This document shows, in pieces, positions 18,065 to 28,496 of a stretch of 64,000 nt of DNA. The notes below the pieces were generated by a model that was given only the letters and a program-made list of their open reading frames with translations, did not search any database and was not told where the DNA came from. A program made the translations under genes and the position numbers. The stretch's first letter is position 1. Each line of letters starts with the position of its first letter. Source of the DNA: Planctomycetota bacterium (GTDB lineage Bacteria; Planctomycetota; UBA8108; SXIK01); contig OZ244999.1 in assembly GCA_965223265.1 (NCBI GenBank), positions 3,680,001 to 3,744,000 on the forward strand, written 5' to 3'.

Positions 18065-18730
18065 TCACACGTCAAGGCTTGAAGCCGAGCGTGGCCGGCG
18101 AGGCCGCCGAACCGCCAGGCCAAGAAGCGAAAGCGAGACGAGCAGTCCAAGCCGTGCCGTGGGCTCCATCTCACCAGCTGCGGCCGAATCGCTCGAAATC
18201 CCTACGCTCCCCACGAGCGACCTCACGCGTTCCCGCGGCACGTCTACAGGCGCCGTCCAGGACAGCAGATAGACGTCAGTGGCAGCAATCGTATAGATCA
18301 CCTGCCGGAGAGTTTCGCCCTTTTCGAGATGGAGGAGCACGCGACCTTCATACGCCGGATACCCCGCCACCGTCGTCGTCGAGCAAGCCTCGAGCTCAAC
18401 CCGGCCGACACCGTCCAGTTGGCGCGCAGCGTCCAGCACGCGAGTCGAAAATGACTCACGACCGATCTCACTGACGACACTCAGGTGCTCTGCTCGGGCA
18501 ATTGAGACCGTCTGCTCGCGACCGCCCGGTTGAGCCCAGGTGGCAACGTCTGTCGCTCTCCCGTCGACCGTTCCAGCTCGATCAACACTCTGGAGATTCC
18601 AACTATCTGGAACTTCCAGGTGCATTGCACCGACATGAACGGTCCTCGCGCTCACCATGGAAACGCTCATAAAGCTCACGGCAGTGACAAGAACGAACAA
18701 CGTTTTCGGACACCTTCGACGCAGAATCAT
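18065..18730 (-). CDS. Exported protein (PsbP/DcrB-like motifs) with C-terminal PEP-CTERM-like anchor
   Basis: Signal peptide; LEVPDSW and TTTVAGYPAY motifs; C-terminal MEPTARLGLLVSLSLLGLAVRRPRR. Confidence 0.55.
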   Translation of the reverse strand: MILRRRCPKTLFVLVTAVSFMSVSMVSARTVHVGAMHLEVPDSWNLQSVDRAGTVDGRATDVATWAQPGGREQTVSIARAEHLSVVSEIGRESFSTRVLDAARQLDGVGRVELEACSTTTVAGYPAYEGRVLLHLEKGETLRQVIYTIAATDVYLLSWTAPVDVPRERVRSLVGSVGISSDSAAAGEMEPTARLGLLVSLSLLGLAVRRPRRPRSASSLDV

Positions 18731-18975
18731 GGAACTTCTCTCGTGGTGGTTTTCCGAGAACAGGCTCAACCTCCGAAGAAGTATGCCCCCAAGTCCGGAA
18801 ACACGCCAACGGGTCCGATAGAATGCACCCGATAACGCTCCATGGCTCTCACTAGGTTATGAGCCTCATCCGCTAATTTCCAGCGTGGCCTCAGCTTATG
18901 GGGACCTACCGACACGGGGTTAAACACACGAAAAAGAGGTGTTATCGGCGGGTCCACCGCGGCGAAGCCTGTCGA

Positions 18976-20049
18976 CTATCGCCGCTGCTCGCCACTGAGT
19001 TGATGCAGCGGAATCGCAAAGAGAAGAGGTGTGTAGTGTGCGAAGTGTCCGTCCGCGTTGTCGCGGCCGGTGAGGCGGTAGTTTCCCCGCACTGAGTCGG
19101 GATCATTGACCAGCCACACCGTGTCGCCATGCGCCGCGACGCCCTCGGGTGAAACCCAGCGCACGGCCTGACCACTGGGGTCAGTGAGCTTCAAATCGAC
19201 GACGCGGCGGACCTGACGTCTGTGGAGATCGATGATGAGAAGGCGTTCTTGGTCTCGACAGAGCCCGACAACGGTAGGCGACGGTGCACCCGGCAGCATC
19301 GCCAAGCCGTTCAGATTCAGCCGGGCGCTCGGTTTGTGTGCGGGGCGCCCGAGTGCGGCAAAGTCGATGTCGACAACCTCAGGTGCTGCGCTTTCACCAC
19401 CGCGAGCGCTCTGCAGCGGCACGACGAGCAGACGCGGCAAGCGGTCAGCCGCGCGCTCATAGGCGAGCAGGACGGAATCGCGATGTACGAGAATTCCTTC
19501 GAGACGAAAATTGGTGTCACCACGCCATGGCTCGAGCTGGTTGAAGTTGATCGGTGTGTACTGAAGCAGGGTCGCCGAGCGAGTGCCCTCGATCTCGATT
19601 TCGACGATGGAGGGAAACTTGTCCTCGACCGCTACCAAGAACCGGCCGTCATGACCAGGAAGCGACGCGATGCCTTCGAAGTCCGGATTCGGACGGGCCA
19701 AAAAGGCCTGCGCGCCGGGACGCTCGCGCAGCTCCGCAGCAATTTTCGGTCGCAGCGGGGGAGCGGCGAGACGCGCGCTCTTGGGGTCGATTGCCAGCAC
19801 GTGTCCGGGATAGCGACTGCGCTGGTCACCGACCGACCACAGGAGTCCGCGATGCCAAACAAGCCCGGAGGTCTGCAGCCCACGTCGAGAGCCCTCCGGT
19901 GGCGTCGCATTGCCGCGTTCATCCAGAATCCAGCGACCACGATTCTCTTGCAGCTCAGCGGCAAACGCCGCCGAAGGCGCGATCAAACCGCAAAGGAGCG
20001 CCACACGCCACGTCGAGCCGAGACGCATGGGCGAGGAGGTCTTTCTCAT
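18976..20049 (-). CDS. Secreted beta-propeller-like protein (phytase-like/SdiA-regulated-like)
   Basis: Signal peptide ending AFA; repeated blade motifs QTSGL, DFEGIA, RLEGI, NLNGLA, SPEGVA. Confidence 0.6.
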   Translation of the reverse strand: MRKTSSPMRLGSTWRVALLCGLIAPSAAFAAELQENRGRWILDERGNATPPEGSRRGLQTSGLVWHRGLLWSVGDQRSRYPGHVLAIDPKSARLAAPPLRPKIAAELRERPGAQAFLARPNPDFEGIASLPGHDGRFLVAVEDKFPSIVEIEIEGTRSATLLQYTPINFNQLEPWRGDTNFRLEGILVHRDSVLLAYERAADRLPRLLVVPLQSARGGESAAPEVVDIDFAALGRPAHKPSARLNLNGLAMLPGAPSPTVVGLCRDQERLLIIDLHRRQVRRVVDLKLTDPSGQAVRWVSPEGVAAHGDTVWLVNDPDSVRGNYRLTGRDNADGHFAHYTPLLFAIPLHQLSGEQRR

Positions 20050-20282
20050 GATCGCTTTCGATTCCGGTGTTGACTCGCCCCTTGAGCAGACGAAGAATCG
20101 ACCGCTCAAGGTCAAGAAGGAATGACTACAGACAATCCCGCTGCAGCTTCCACGAGCAGATCATACCATGAGGGCAGGACGCACCACAGATCGGCGGCCA
20201 CACGCTGGACGTGACAGTCGAGGAGCGTCCAAGAACGACAAGACGCAGAATCGTCCTCAGCACACACAACGAACCTGAAGGA

Positions 20283-21419
20283 ATGGCAGCCACCATGGAA
20301 TCAAGCTCTTGCGAGCTCAGCTACTTGCCTCGATTGCCTCAAAAAAGAGACACCGGCATTGGCTGCATCGGCGCCGGTTTCATTATGGCTGACTGCCACC
20401 TCGTCGCGTACCGCAGTGCCGGCTTTCGCCCCGTTGCGATCGCCAATCGCACGCGCGCTCGCGCCGAGAGTGTGGCAGAGCGGCACGGAATCCCACACGT
20501 CTACGACACCTGGCGTGAGCTCGTGGCCGACCCCGAAGTCGAGGTCGTCGACGTCGCGGTGCCACCCCAGCACCAGCCACCGATCATCGAGCAGATCGCC
20601 GCGGATCCGTGCGGCGTGCGGGCAATCTTAGCTCAGAAGCCGCTGGCGATGGACTACGCGACAGCACTCCGCCTCGTCGAAGCTTGCGACCGCGGCGGAA
20701 TCGTGCTCGCTGTGAATCAAAACATGCGCTACGACCAGTCCATCCGTGCGCTCAAGGACCTTCTTCGCCGGGGCGACCTCGGCGATCCGGTACTCGCCAG
20801 CATCGACATGCGCGCCATTCCACATTGGATGGATTGGGCGCGCGGCGAAGACAAATTGACGTTCTACCTTATGAGCATTCATCACCTGGATACGTTTCGT
20901 TTTCTCTTCGGCACGCCGGAACTTGCCCTCGCGAGCTGTCGTCCCGATCCTCGACTAGAGTTTCCTCACATTGACGGCATCACCATGTACATCCTCGAAT
21001 ACTCCTCCGGGCTGCGCTGCCTTGGACTCGAGGACGTGTGGACTGGACCAGCGCGCGAAGGTGCCGCCGCGGACATCGCCATCAAGTGGCGCGTTGAAGG
21101 AACGGAAGGCCTGGCGACCGGAACAATTGGCTGGCCACACTATCCGGAACGCGTCCCGAGCACGCTACGCTACTCGGCGAAAGCAACCGGAGCGCAGTGG
21201 TTCGAACCGAAATGGGACGAGGTATGGTTCCCCGATGCATTCGTCGGCACCATGGCACAGCTCCTCGTCGCGCTCGAAGAGTCGACTGAAGCGGAGATCA
21301 ACGGCCGCGACAACCTCGACACCATCGCCCTCGTCGAGGCGTGCTACCGCGGCGCCACGGAGCATCGAGCGGTGCGGATTGATGAGATTCGAAAAGGTCC
21401 GGTGCAGGGTTCAACATAG
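20283..21419 (+). CDS. Gfo/Idh/MocA family oxidoreductase
   Basis: IGCIGAGFI, AQKPLA, VNQNMRYD, MSIHHLD. Confidence 0.88.
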   Translation: MAATMESSSCELSYLPRLPQKRDTGIGCIGAGFIMADCHLVAYRSAGFRPVAIANRTRARAESVAERHGIPHVYDTWRELVADPEVEVVDVAVPPQHQPPIIEQIAADPCGVRAILAQKPLAMDYATALRLVEACDRGGIVLAVNQNMRYDQSIRALKDLLRRGDLGDPVLASIDMRAIPHWMDWARGEDKLTFYLMSIHHLDTFRFLFGTPELALASCRPDPRLEFPHIDGITMYILEYSSGLRCLGLEDVWTGPAREGAAADIAIKWRVEGTEGLATGTIGWPHYPERVPSTLRYSAKATGAQWFEPKWDEVWFPDAFVGTMAQLLVALEESTEAEINGRDNLDTIALVEACYRGATEHRAVRIDEIRKGPVQGST

Positions 21420-21557
21420 GCGCCGCTCACCTCAATGAGTGAGCGAAACATCACCACGCGCATCGCTTCTTGTGGCGCCGTGCAGGCGCAGCAACCAGCA
21501 AACCAGACGTCGTGCCCGTTGACTCAAAGGCGGCCGCAAAAAACGCCCGGCGATCGG

Positions 21558-22004
21558 TCAGCTCGCCGACTCGCCAACCAAGTCCGAGAGATCGACAAGC
21601 TCCACGCCCAGACGCTCGGCGACTTCGAAGATCCGCTCGTCACGGTAAAACTCGCCGAAGCAGATCCGTTTCAGACCCGAGTTGAGGATGAGCTTGAAGC
21701 AGTTCCAGCACGGACTCGCGGTCGTATAGATGTGGCCGTCGTTGATGGTGACACCGTTCTTGGCGGCCTGGATGATCGCGTTCGCTTCCGCATGAATCGT
21801 GGCAACGCAGTGGCCATTCTCCATCATGTGGCCGACGTCGTCGCAATGCGCCAAGCCGGCGATCGAACCGTTGTAGCCGGTCGAAAGGATGTTCCGGTCC
21901 CGGACGATCACCGCTCCGACGTGCTTGCGGTCGCAGGTGGACCGTCCCGACACTTCGATCGCGATGCGCATGAAGTACTCGTCCCAGCCCGCACGCTTCG
22001 ACAT
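21558..22004 (-). CDS. dCMP deaminase (ComEB-like)
   Basis: WDEYFM, RSTCDRKHVGAVIV, STGYNG, HAEANAI, SPCWNC zinc motifs. Confidence 0.92.
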   Translation of the reverse strand: MSKRAGWDEYFMRIAIEVSGRSTCDRKHVGAVIVRDRNILSTGYNGSIAGLAHCDDVGHMMENGHCVATIHAEANAIIQAAKNGVTINDGHIYTTASPCWNCFKLILNSGLKRICFGEFYRDERIFEVAERLGVELVDLSDLVGESAS

Positions 22005-22075
22005 GTTTTTGATCCCTATTCTCACCGCAACGCGCGAACTGAGCGTTCACGGCGTGCCAAAGAGTGGCGGAAGAA

Positions 22076-23434
22076 TCAAAGATTCTCGCGCCGCGACGGC
22101 CGCACCGCGCCGCGGCGGCGCGATCGCTTCTTGTTCTTCGCTTCCCACTCGCGGAGCTCTGGAAGATTCTCCTCGACCTTCAAGAAGATGTCGGCGAGTT
22201 TCTCCATGCGTCCAGCGACGTTCTCAATGTAGTTCCAGTCCATGTCCATCGACTGCGCGATCTTCTCCTCACAGCCTGGATACTGCTCTGAGCGGTAGTC
22301 GACGCCAGCGTCCTTAAGATGCTGCGTCCAAATCGTCTTCGGACCTCGATAGCCACGGGTCCGCAAACGCTCCCAGTGCGGAATGGGAGACGGTACGTAG
22401 CTGCCGAGTTCGAGCCCCTCAGCCGCCATCGCCTTGACAAAAGTCTCGCGTTTGACGCCGCACGCCTCATTGAAGTTCATACTGAGAGTGTAGTACCCAG
22501 GAAGCTCTCCATTCGCGTAGCGAGGAAATGTCACGCACTCGCTGTTGGCGAGGAGTTTTCTCAATCGTGCGACGTTGCGCCGGCGTCCGTTGATTTCGCG
22601 CTCAACCTTCTTCAGCTGCTCGGTGAGCAGCACAGCAACGACCGGCGAAAGTCGATAGGAGTACACGAGCGAATCGACATATGGCATAAGCTTCGTGGGG
22701 AACCCGTCGTCGGGTGAGCGTCCCATGTGCTGACAGCAGAGCGCCGCCTTCCAGTAGACGTCCTCATGCTTAGTGATCAGGTAGCCGGCTTCGGTCGTAC
22801 CGAGCAGCTTGAAGCCCATGCATGAAAAGCCACCCACATCGCCGAACTGTCCCACTTTCTTGCCGGCGATCATGGCGCCATGTGCTTGGCTTCCATCTTC
22901 GATCACTGGAATCTTGTGGCGGCGCGCGACCCGCATGATGGCTGGCATGTTGGCAGGCTGCCCGTGGATGTGGACGGGCAGGATCGCTCGCGTCCTTTTC
23001 GTGATGCGGGGCTCAATCGTCGCTGGGTCCATCAGCCCGGTCTCGGGCAAGACGTCGGTGAAGACCGGCACGGCACCGCAGTGCAGTATGCATGAGACGG
23101 AGGCGCCCCACGAGTAAGGCGTCGTGATGACCTCGTCACCTGGCCCGATTTCGAGCCCGACGAGGCTCATCTGGAGCGACGCGTGTCCTGACGAAACGAC
23201 CATCGCGTGTTTCGCCTCCTGCCAACGACAGACCGCCTCTTCAGCCTCATCGATGATGGGGTGATGCTTGCCAAGCCCGACAGTCATCCCCTTCTCGAGC
23301 AGCTCGGAGGCGCGGCGAAGGGCACGCGGTGAAAACCGTGGATGCTGGTCAGGTGCGACGGCGCCGAGCGCCCGCCCACCCAAGAGTGCGAGCTTCTTGG
23401 TGCTTGTCGTTCGTTTGGTCTTCACTTGATGCAT
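22076..23434 (-). CDS. DegT/DnrJ/EryC1/StrS family PLP-dependent aminotransferase
   Basis: VSSGHASL, GPGDEVITTPYSW, AILPVHIHG, IEDGSQAHGA, FSCMGFKLLG (PLP lysine). Confidence 0.88.
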   Translation of the reverse strand: MHQVKTKRTTSTKKLALLGGRALGAVAPDQHPRFSPRALRRASELLEKGMTVGLGKHHPIIDEAEEAVCRWQEAKHAMVVSSGHASLQMSLVGLEIGPGDEVITTPYSWGASVSCILHCGAVPVFTDVLPETGLMDPATIEPRITKRTRAILPVHIHGQPANMPAIMRVARRHKIPVIEDGSQAHGAMIAGKKVGQFGDVGGFSCMGFKLLGTTEAGYLITKHEDVYWKAALCCQHMGRSPDDGFPTKLMPYVDSLVYSYRLSPVVAVLLTEQLKKVEREINGRRRNVARLRKLLANSECVTFPRYANGELPGYYTLSMNFNEACGVKRETFVKAMAAEGLELGSYVPSPIPHWERLRTRGYRGPKTIWTQHLKDAGVDYRSEQYPGCEEKIAQSMDMDWNYIENVAGRMEKLADIFLKVEENLPELREWEAKNKKRSRRRGAVRPSRRENL

Positions 23435-23737
23435 CGCGCTCTCCGTCTTCTAGCCGTTGTTTGGCGCCGGGCCCCTGTGTCTCGTGACCTTGGGCCATGA
23501 CCTCTCAAGGATTGAGTCGACCCTCGTCGCGGGGCGCGCCGAGACCTCCTCCTGAACTGGCGGCGAAATCGTGCCCAATTGGCGCTGAGTAAGGCAGGAG
23601 ATCAGCGGAAAACACGAGGATAGAGGAGAGACGAATGCGTGTCAACGGTCGTAGGATCTCGCCGCGCTGAGCGCATACGAAGACGTGGCACACACCATCA
23701 TGCACGCACACCGCCACGAGCACGCAGCGGCCCGGGC

Positions 23738-24217
23738 TCAATCCGCCGCGCGGCGCTCGAGGGCCTGTTCGAAACGCTCGCGACCGAGTCGTGCGAGGCC
23801 GATGATCGTTGCCGCGACGATTCCTGCGGCGACCGTTTCGTCGAGGTCAGCCTTCACCGCGCACGAGCCAGAAAGTGAAGAGACGTAGACATTCGGATTC
23901 GGGGCGAGCTCGCTGCGGCCCGCCGCTTCGAGCTCTCGCACGGTTTGGAGCAGCGGCTCGAAAACCGATGCGACGAGTGCAGGGGACGTTCGATCTAGAT
24001 CGGAAAGAAAACTGTCCAACGACGCGTCGGGATCCTGCTCAAACCAGTAGTTGCCCGGTACGGTTTCGCCGCCAGGCGCCCCGGCCAGAAACTGCCGCAC
24101 TGAGTCGACCCCCAGGCGTCCCTTGTGCGAACGAGCGCGTGCCTCGTGATACGCTTTCAACACGAGGTCGCGAAGAGTCTGCTCGTCCACCGCGATCCGA
24201 CTGGTTCGCTTTGCCAT
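23738..24217 (-). CDS. Hypothetical protein
   Basis: Strong SD (GAAGGAG) before ATG 24217; 159 aa, co-oriented with its neighbours. Confidence 0.6.
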   Translation of the reverse strand: MAKRTSRIAVDEQTLRDLVLKAYHEARARSHKGRLGVDSVRQFLAGAPGGETVPGNYWFEQDPDASLDSFLSDLDRTSPALVASVFEPLLQTVRELEAAGRSELAPNPNVYVSSLSGSCAVKADLDETVAAGIVAATIIGLARLGRERFEQALERRAAD

Positions 24218-24343
24218 GGCTCCTTCGCCTCCGAAAACAGTCTTTCTCTGACTTCTTACTTCGGCCACACTCGCTGTCAGCGTAAGTGAAGTGCACGTAT
24301 GCCACGCTCGGCACCGCCGGCTCGCAACGAGTTGGAAACTCGC

Positions 24344-26806
24344 TCACACACCGTCCCGGGCGTCGCGAAGACGTGCCTGCTCCGAACAATCCTCGCAGGG
24401 CTGATAACCTGGAAGCGGCAGAATGTGCGTGTGGATCGCGTCGAGCATCCAATCGGCGCTGGGGAAAAAAAGATCCTCCAGCTCGGCAGCAGGCGTGATC
24501 CAGTTTTTCGCACCGACGACGACGGCGGGAGCGTCCAGATCGTCGAACGCGAGTCGCTGTACATCAGAGGCCACGGTGTGAAGGAAGCTGCCTCGCTCGC
24601 AAGCATCTGACGTCAACATGAGACGCCCCGTCTTGCGCACTGACTCGAGAACCGGTGCGTAATCGAGCGGCACGAGACTGCGAAGATCGATGATCTCCGC
24701 ACTGACGCCAAACTGCTCAAGTCGCTGCGCGGCGTCGAGAGCGCGGTAGAGCGTCGCGCCGACCGTCAGGATCGTCAGATCGGAACCAGCGCGTTTGATG
24801 TCCGGCAACCCGATCGGGATCGTGTACGAAGCACTCGGCACTTCCGGCTGAAACTGCTCAGTGATGCCGTAGAGTCGTTGACTCTCAAAAAAGACCACCG
24901 GGTCGTCGCCGCGTAGTGCTGTCGTCATGAGTCCCTTAGCGTCGTACGGCGTCGCCGGAAAAACGACCTTCAACCCGGGAATGTGTGCGGCAAGCGATGT
25001 CCAGTCTTGCGAATGCTGAGCACCGTACTTGCTCCCGACGCTGACGCGGAGGACCACCGGCATGCGCAGCACTCCGGCTGACATCGATTGCCACTTGGCA
25101 AGCTGGTTGAATATCTCGTCACCCGCGCGTCCCATGAAATCACAGTACATGAGTTCGACCAAAGCGCGCCCGCCTTCGATCGCGTAACCCACTGCAGAGC
25201 CGACAATGGCGCCTTCCGAAATCGGCGCGTTGAAGAGTCGGTGGTAGGGGAGCGACTCCGTCATACCGCGATAAACTGCGAACGCGCCATCCCAATCACG
25301 GTTCTCTTCGCCATAGGCGATGAGCCGGCGATCAGAGTAGAATCGCTCGATGATCGCCTCGAAGAGACCGTCACGGAGTGAGACAGCGCGCCCTTCCGAG
25401 AGCGGCTCGCCCGTCCGCGCGTCAACGCCCGAGCGGCTCTTGCGCGCAATCGATTGCACACGGCTGTTTTCTGAGAGCGGTTTGAGAACGTCACCGTGAC
25501 CGATCCCCGGCGTCGAGCCGCTGGCGTCATGGCAAAACATCACCGCGGCGATGCCCGGTGACTCCAGGCGGGGCGAGATCTCCGAGTCGATGGCGAGTCG
25601 AAACGCGCTAAGAAGACGCGCATCGATCTCGCGGCGTACGTCGTCAAGATCGGTCTGCGAGCAAATGCCCGCCTCGATCACCTGCGCCCCGTACTCACGA
25701 ATTGGATCGACACTTCTCCACAAGTCAATCTCCTCACGGGTTCGATAGGCGCTCGCGTCGCTTGGCGAATGCCCACTCTGGCGGTACGTTTGGATGTCCA
25801 GCAGCACCGGCCCTTCACCGCGGTGGATCACCTCCAGCTTGCGGCGAAACGCGTCGATGACGGCAAGCGGGTCATTGCCATCAATCGTCTCAGAGTGGAG
25901 GTTGAAGCGGTTGACACCAGCCCCCATGCACGCCAGCCGCTCAAACGCCATGGTCTCGCCACGGGTCTGGCCGCCCATGCCGTAGAAGTTGTTCATGAAC
26001 GCGAAAATGATCGGCAGGCCGCCGCGATACTCGTCGTCCCAAAGCGTCCAAAACTGCCCCATCGAAGCAAAGTTCAGCGCCTCCCACACGGGTCCACATC
26101 CTGACGACGCGTCGCCGATGTTCGCGACGGTGATGCCTGGGGCACGCAGTACTTTCTTGTAGAGGGCTGAGCCGGCAGCGATGTCTGCGCTGCCCCCGAC
26201 GAGCGCATTGTTAGGAAAAACGCCAAGAGGAGGGAAGAACGCGTGCATAGATCCACCCAGCCCTCGATTGAAGCCAGTGGCGCGCGCAAAAATCTCGGCC
26301 AGAAGCCCGTAGATCAGATAGTTGATGGCCTGATCCTTCACCGACTGCGATTCCATGTGATCGACGACGCGGAGCGGATCGCCGTCGAGATAAGTTTCCA
26401 TCATCCTCTGAAGTTGATCGTCCGCGAGTTTCTCGATCGCGCTCATGCCCTTGGCGATGATCTCGCCGTGGCTGCGGTGGCTGCCAAAGATATGGTCGTC
26501 GGTGCCGAGGAGAAAAGCCTCGCCCACAGCAGCCGCCTCTTGTCCAACCGAGAGGTGAGCGGGTCCCTTGTGGTCGTACGGAATTCCCTGGTAGCCCCCG
26601 AGCTTTTTGACCTCGCCAAGCATCTCCTCAAAGGCGCGAATGAGCGACATGTCGCGATAGATATTGAGCGCGTCAGTGCGGTTCAAATGCCCCGCGGCCA
26701 ACTCGTCGACCAGACCACCGCGATAGTGATTGACCGGGATTGGCTGAATCTCGACTGTCTCTTTACGTCGCACCTCTTCCGGCACGACGACAATCCGCTT
26801 GACCAT
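24344..26806 (-). CDS. Fused 2-oxoacid/acetoin dehydrogenase E1 alpha+beta
   Basis: Alpha part GPAHLSVGQEA, GLGGSMH, NIGDAS, TYRQSGHSPSD; beta part YGEENRD, FNAPISEGAIVG, GAQHSQ, IIDLRSLVPLD. Confidence 0.9.
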   Translation of the reverse strand: MVKRIVVVPEEVRRKETVEIQPIPVNHYRGGLVDELAAGHLNRTDALNIYRDMSLIRAFEEMLGEVKKLGGYQGIPYDHKGPAHLSVGQEAAAVGEAFLLGTDDHIFGSHRSHGEIIAKGMSAIEKLADDQLQRMMETYLDGDPLRVVDHMESQSVKDQAINYLIYGLLAEIFARATGFNRGLGGSMHAFFPPLGVFPNNALVGGSADIAAGSALYKKVLRAPGITVANIGDASSGCGPVWEALNFASMGQFWTLWDDEYRGGLPIIFAFMNNFYGMGGQTRGETMAFERLACMGAGVNRFNLHSETIDGNDPLAVIDAFRRKLEVIHRGEGPVLLDIQTYRQSGHSPSDASAYRTREEIDLWRSVDPIREYGAQVIEAGICSQTDLDDVRREIDARLLSAFRLAIDSEISPRLESPGIAAVMFCHDASGSTPGIGHGDVLKPLSENSRVQSIARKSRSGVDARTGEPLSEGRAVSLRDGLFEAIIERFYSDRRLIAYGEENRDWDGAFAVYRGMTESLPYHRLFNAPISEGAIVGSAVGYAIEGGRALVELMYCDFMGRAGDEIFNQLAKWQSMSAGVLRMPVVLRVSVGSKYGAQHSQDWTSLAAHIPGLKVVFPATPYDAKGLMTTALRGDDPVVFFESQRLYGITEQFQPEVPSASYTIPIGLPDIKRAGSDLTILTVGATLYRALDAAQRLEQFGVSAEIIDLRSLVPLDYAPVLESVRKTGRLMLTSDACERGSFLHTVASDVQRLAFDDLDAPAVVVGAKNWITPAAELEDLFFPSADWMLDAIHTHILPLPGYQPCEDCSEQARLRDARDGV

Positions 26807-27069
26807 TCGGCGTCTCTATCCTTATCGAAAACTCAAAGACTCTCAGGCGGAGACGCGTCGGGGCGGTCGGTCGACCGCACGCCCCGAACCGGCGTCGGGC
26901 TACGCGTCGCACCAGATTCTGTCGGCGCAAATCCGCGAGTCGTCGGAAATGAACGGCCCCTCAGTCTACCGTAACCGGCGCAGCCGGCAAGCTCACGCAT
27001 GAAGGAAAGTTTTCAGGCAAAACGTTCCCCAAACGTTACCCATCGAGAGAGCGCCGGCACCAGACCCGT

Positions 27070-27732
27070 CTATCGCTTCACCGGGACGTTTTGCGGTGGC
27101 ACAGGCGTCCCGTCTTCGTAGACGAAAGGCCGCAGTTGCGGAGCGCGATTGATACCGACCGACACGATCGAGTCGAGTTGAACGGTCTCACCGAAAGCGT
27201 CGAGGTCGATGCGAAGCACTCGCGAGCTCTGCCAAGAGAAGAGCTCACGATCGTTGACGACTCGCCCATCGGCGTCTTCGTGTCCATCGACGACAAGATT
27301 GCTACCGAGCGTTTTGACAGGCTGGGCGAAGAGAATCTCCAGCGTGGTGCCGCGTTCACTTCGTCGCAGCGTCGCGACGACCCGCTCGTCTCTCACAAGG
27401 CTCTTCGCTGCGTCTGGATAGACACTGACCACCAGAAACGGCAGGCTCGCGCACGCGAAGAGCACGGTACACGGAAATCCGATCCACGCAGCCACCCCCG
27501 GATCGCCGTCCGACTGACGAATGCTCCGTAAGACGACTTGCCACGCCAGGAGACTCGCGCCCCCGAGCGTCAATCCCGCGCCCAGCGTGAATAGACTCCC
27601 CTGAGCTCTGCTACCAAAGAGAAGTACGCTCACGCACCAGATCGCCGCGACGCACACCAAAACGCCGCCGAAGAGGAGCGTGAATGCATGTCCGCGCCCG
27701 GACGCTACTCCTCCCATTCGTCTCGTAACCAC
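27070..27732 (-). CDS. Hypothetical membrane protein (3 TM + soluble C-terminal domain)
   Basis: Three hydrophobic helices followed by a beta-rich tail. Confidence 0.6.
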   Translation of the reverse strand: MVTRRMGGVASGRGHAFTLLFGGVLVCVAAIWCVSVLLFGSRAQGSLFTLGAGLTLGGASLLAWQVVLRSIRQSDGDPGVAAWIGFPCTVLFACASLPFLVVSVYPDAAKSLVRDERVVATLRRSERGTTLEILFAQPVKTLGSNLVVDGHEDADGRVVNDRELFSWQSSRVLRIDLDAFGETVQLDSIVSVGINRAPQLRPFVYEDGTPVPPQNVPVKR

Positions 27733-28193
27733 CTCAAGGTCCAGCGTCCATCGAAGTACGCGTCCTCGAACTCGTGAGCTCGCGCACTGACGTAGACGCC
27801 GTTGACGTACTTCGGGCTCTGAATGTTCCCATCCAGACGAAAGGCGAAAAACGAATCCTTTGCGTCGACGATCCTCAGCTCAGCGCTGCGGCTCTCGGTG
27901 GCTGGTTTGATTTCGCCGTAGAGCTCTGGCAGCTCGCCCTTCTCTTGCGGAGGCGGCGAGATTTCGACAAGCTCCGCCTCCTCTCCGGGATTCAAGAGGC
28001 TTTGGCCCCAGTCCGAATCAATCCACACTTCTCGTGGTTCGACCGGGAAGTTCTCCTGCCCACGCTGCAGCTGCATTGTCAGCTGCCAGACGCCAGTGCG
28101 CAGCGTCGGGCTACCGCAGCCAGCGACGGCGACGAGGGTAGCGGCGGCTACGGTCATCAAGAGAGCGCGCTTGTGAGCTTGTACGGTCAACAT
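27705..28193 (-). CDS. Hypothetical lipoprotein
   Basis: Lipobox LVAVAG-C after a hydrophobic signal; SD GAGGA. Confidence 0.65.
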   Translation of the reverse strand: MLTVQAHKRALLMTVAAATLVAVAGCGSPTLRTGVWQLTMQLQRGQENFPVEPREVWIDSDWGQSLLNPGEEAELVEISPPPQEKGELPELYGEIKPATESRSAELRIVDAKDSFFAFRLDGNIQSPKYVNGVYVSARAHEFEDAYFDGRWTLRWLRDEWEE

Positions 28194-28496
28194 AGGTCCT
28201 CGACTCGTTCACTTTTCCTAACATTTCCTGAGCGCGGCTGCGCCAACTTTTTGCCGTCTGTGGCGACAATTCGCTCACTCGCACTCAGCCGCAAGCAGGC
28301 GACCCCGACGCGTGAACTCGGTCACGATGGGATCCACACATCTCTCTTTTCGTACCCTCGGGTCGTTCAAATTCAAAAAAAACTTCCCTCGGCTCTTTCG
28401 GGCTGGTAGGCATAGCACCCGTCTCACCCCTACTCATTGGGGGCAGACCTCTCGCTTACCGCTGCAGAGCGGCGGCCCCACACCGGCAATAGCATC

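Noticed and set aside
19222-20073. 283-aa plus-strand ORF
   Set aside because: Antisense to the signal-peptide-bearing beta-propeller gene, which has the coherent repeated motifs.
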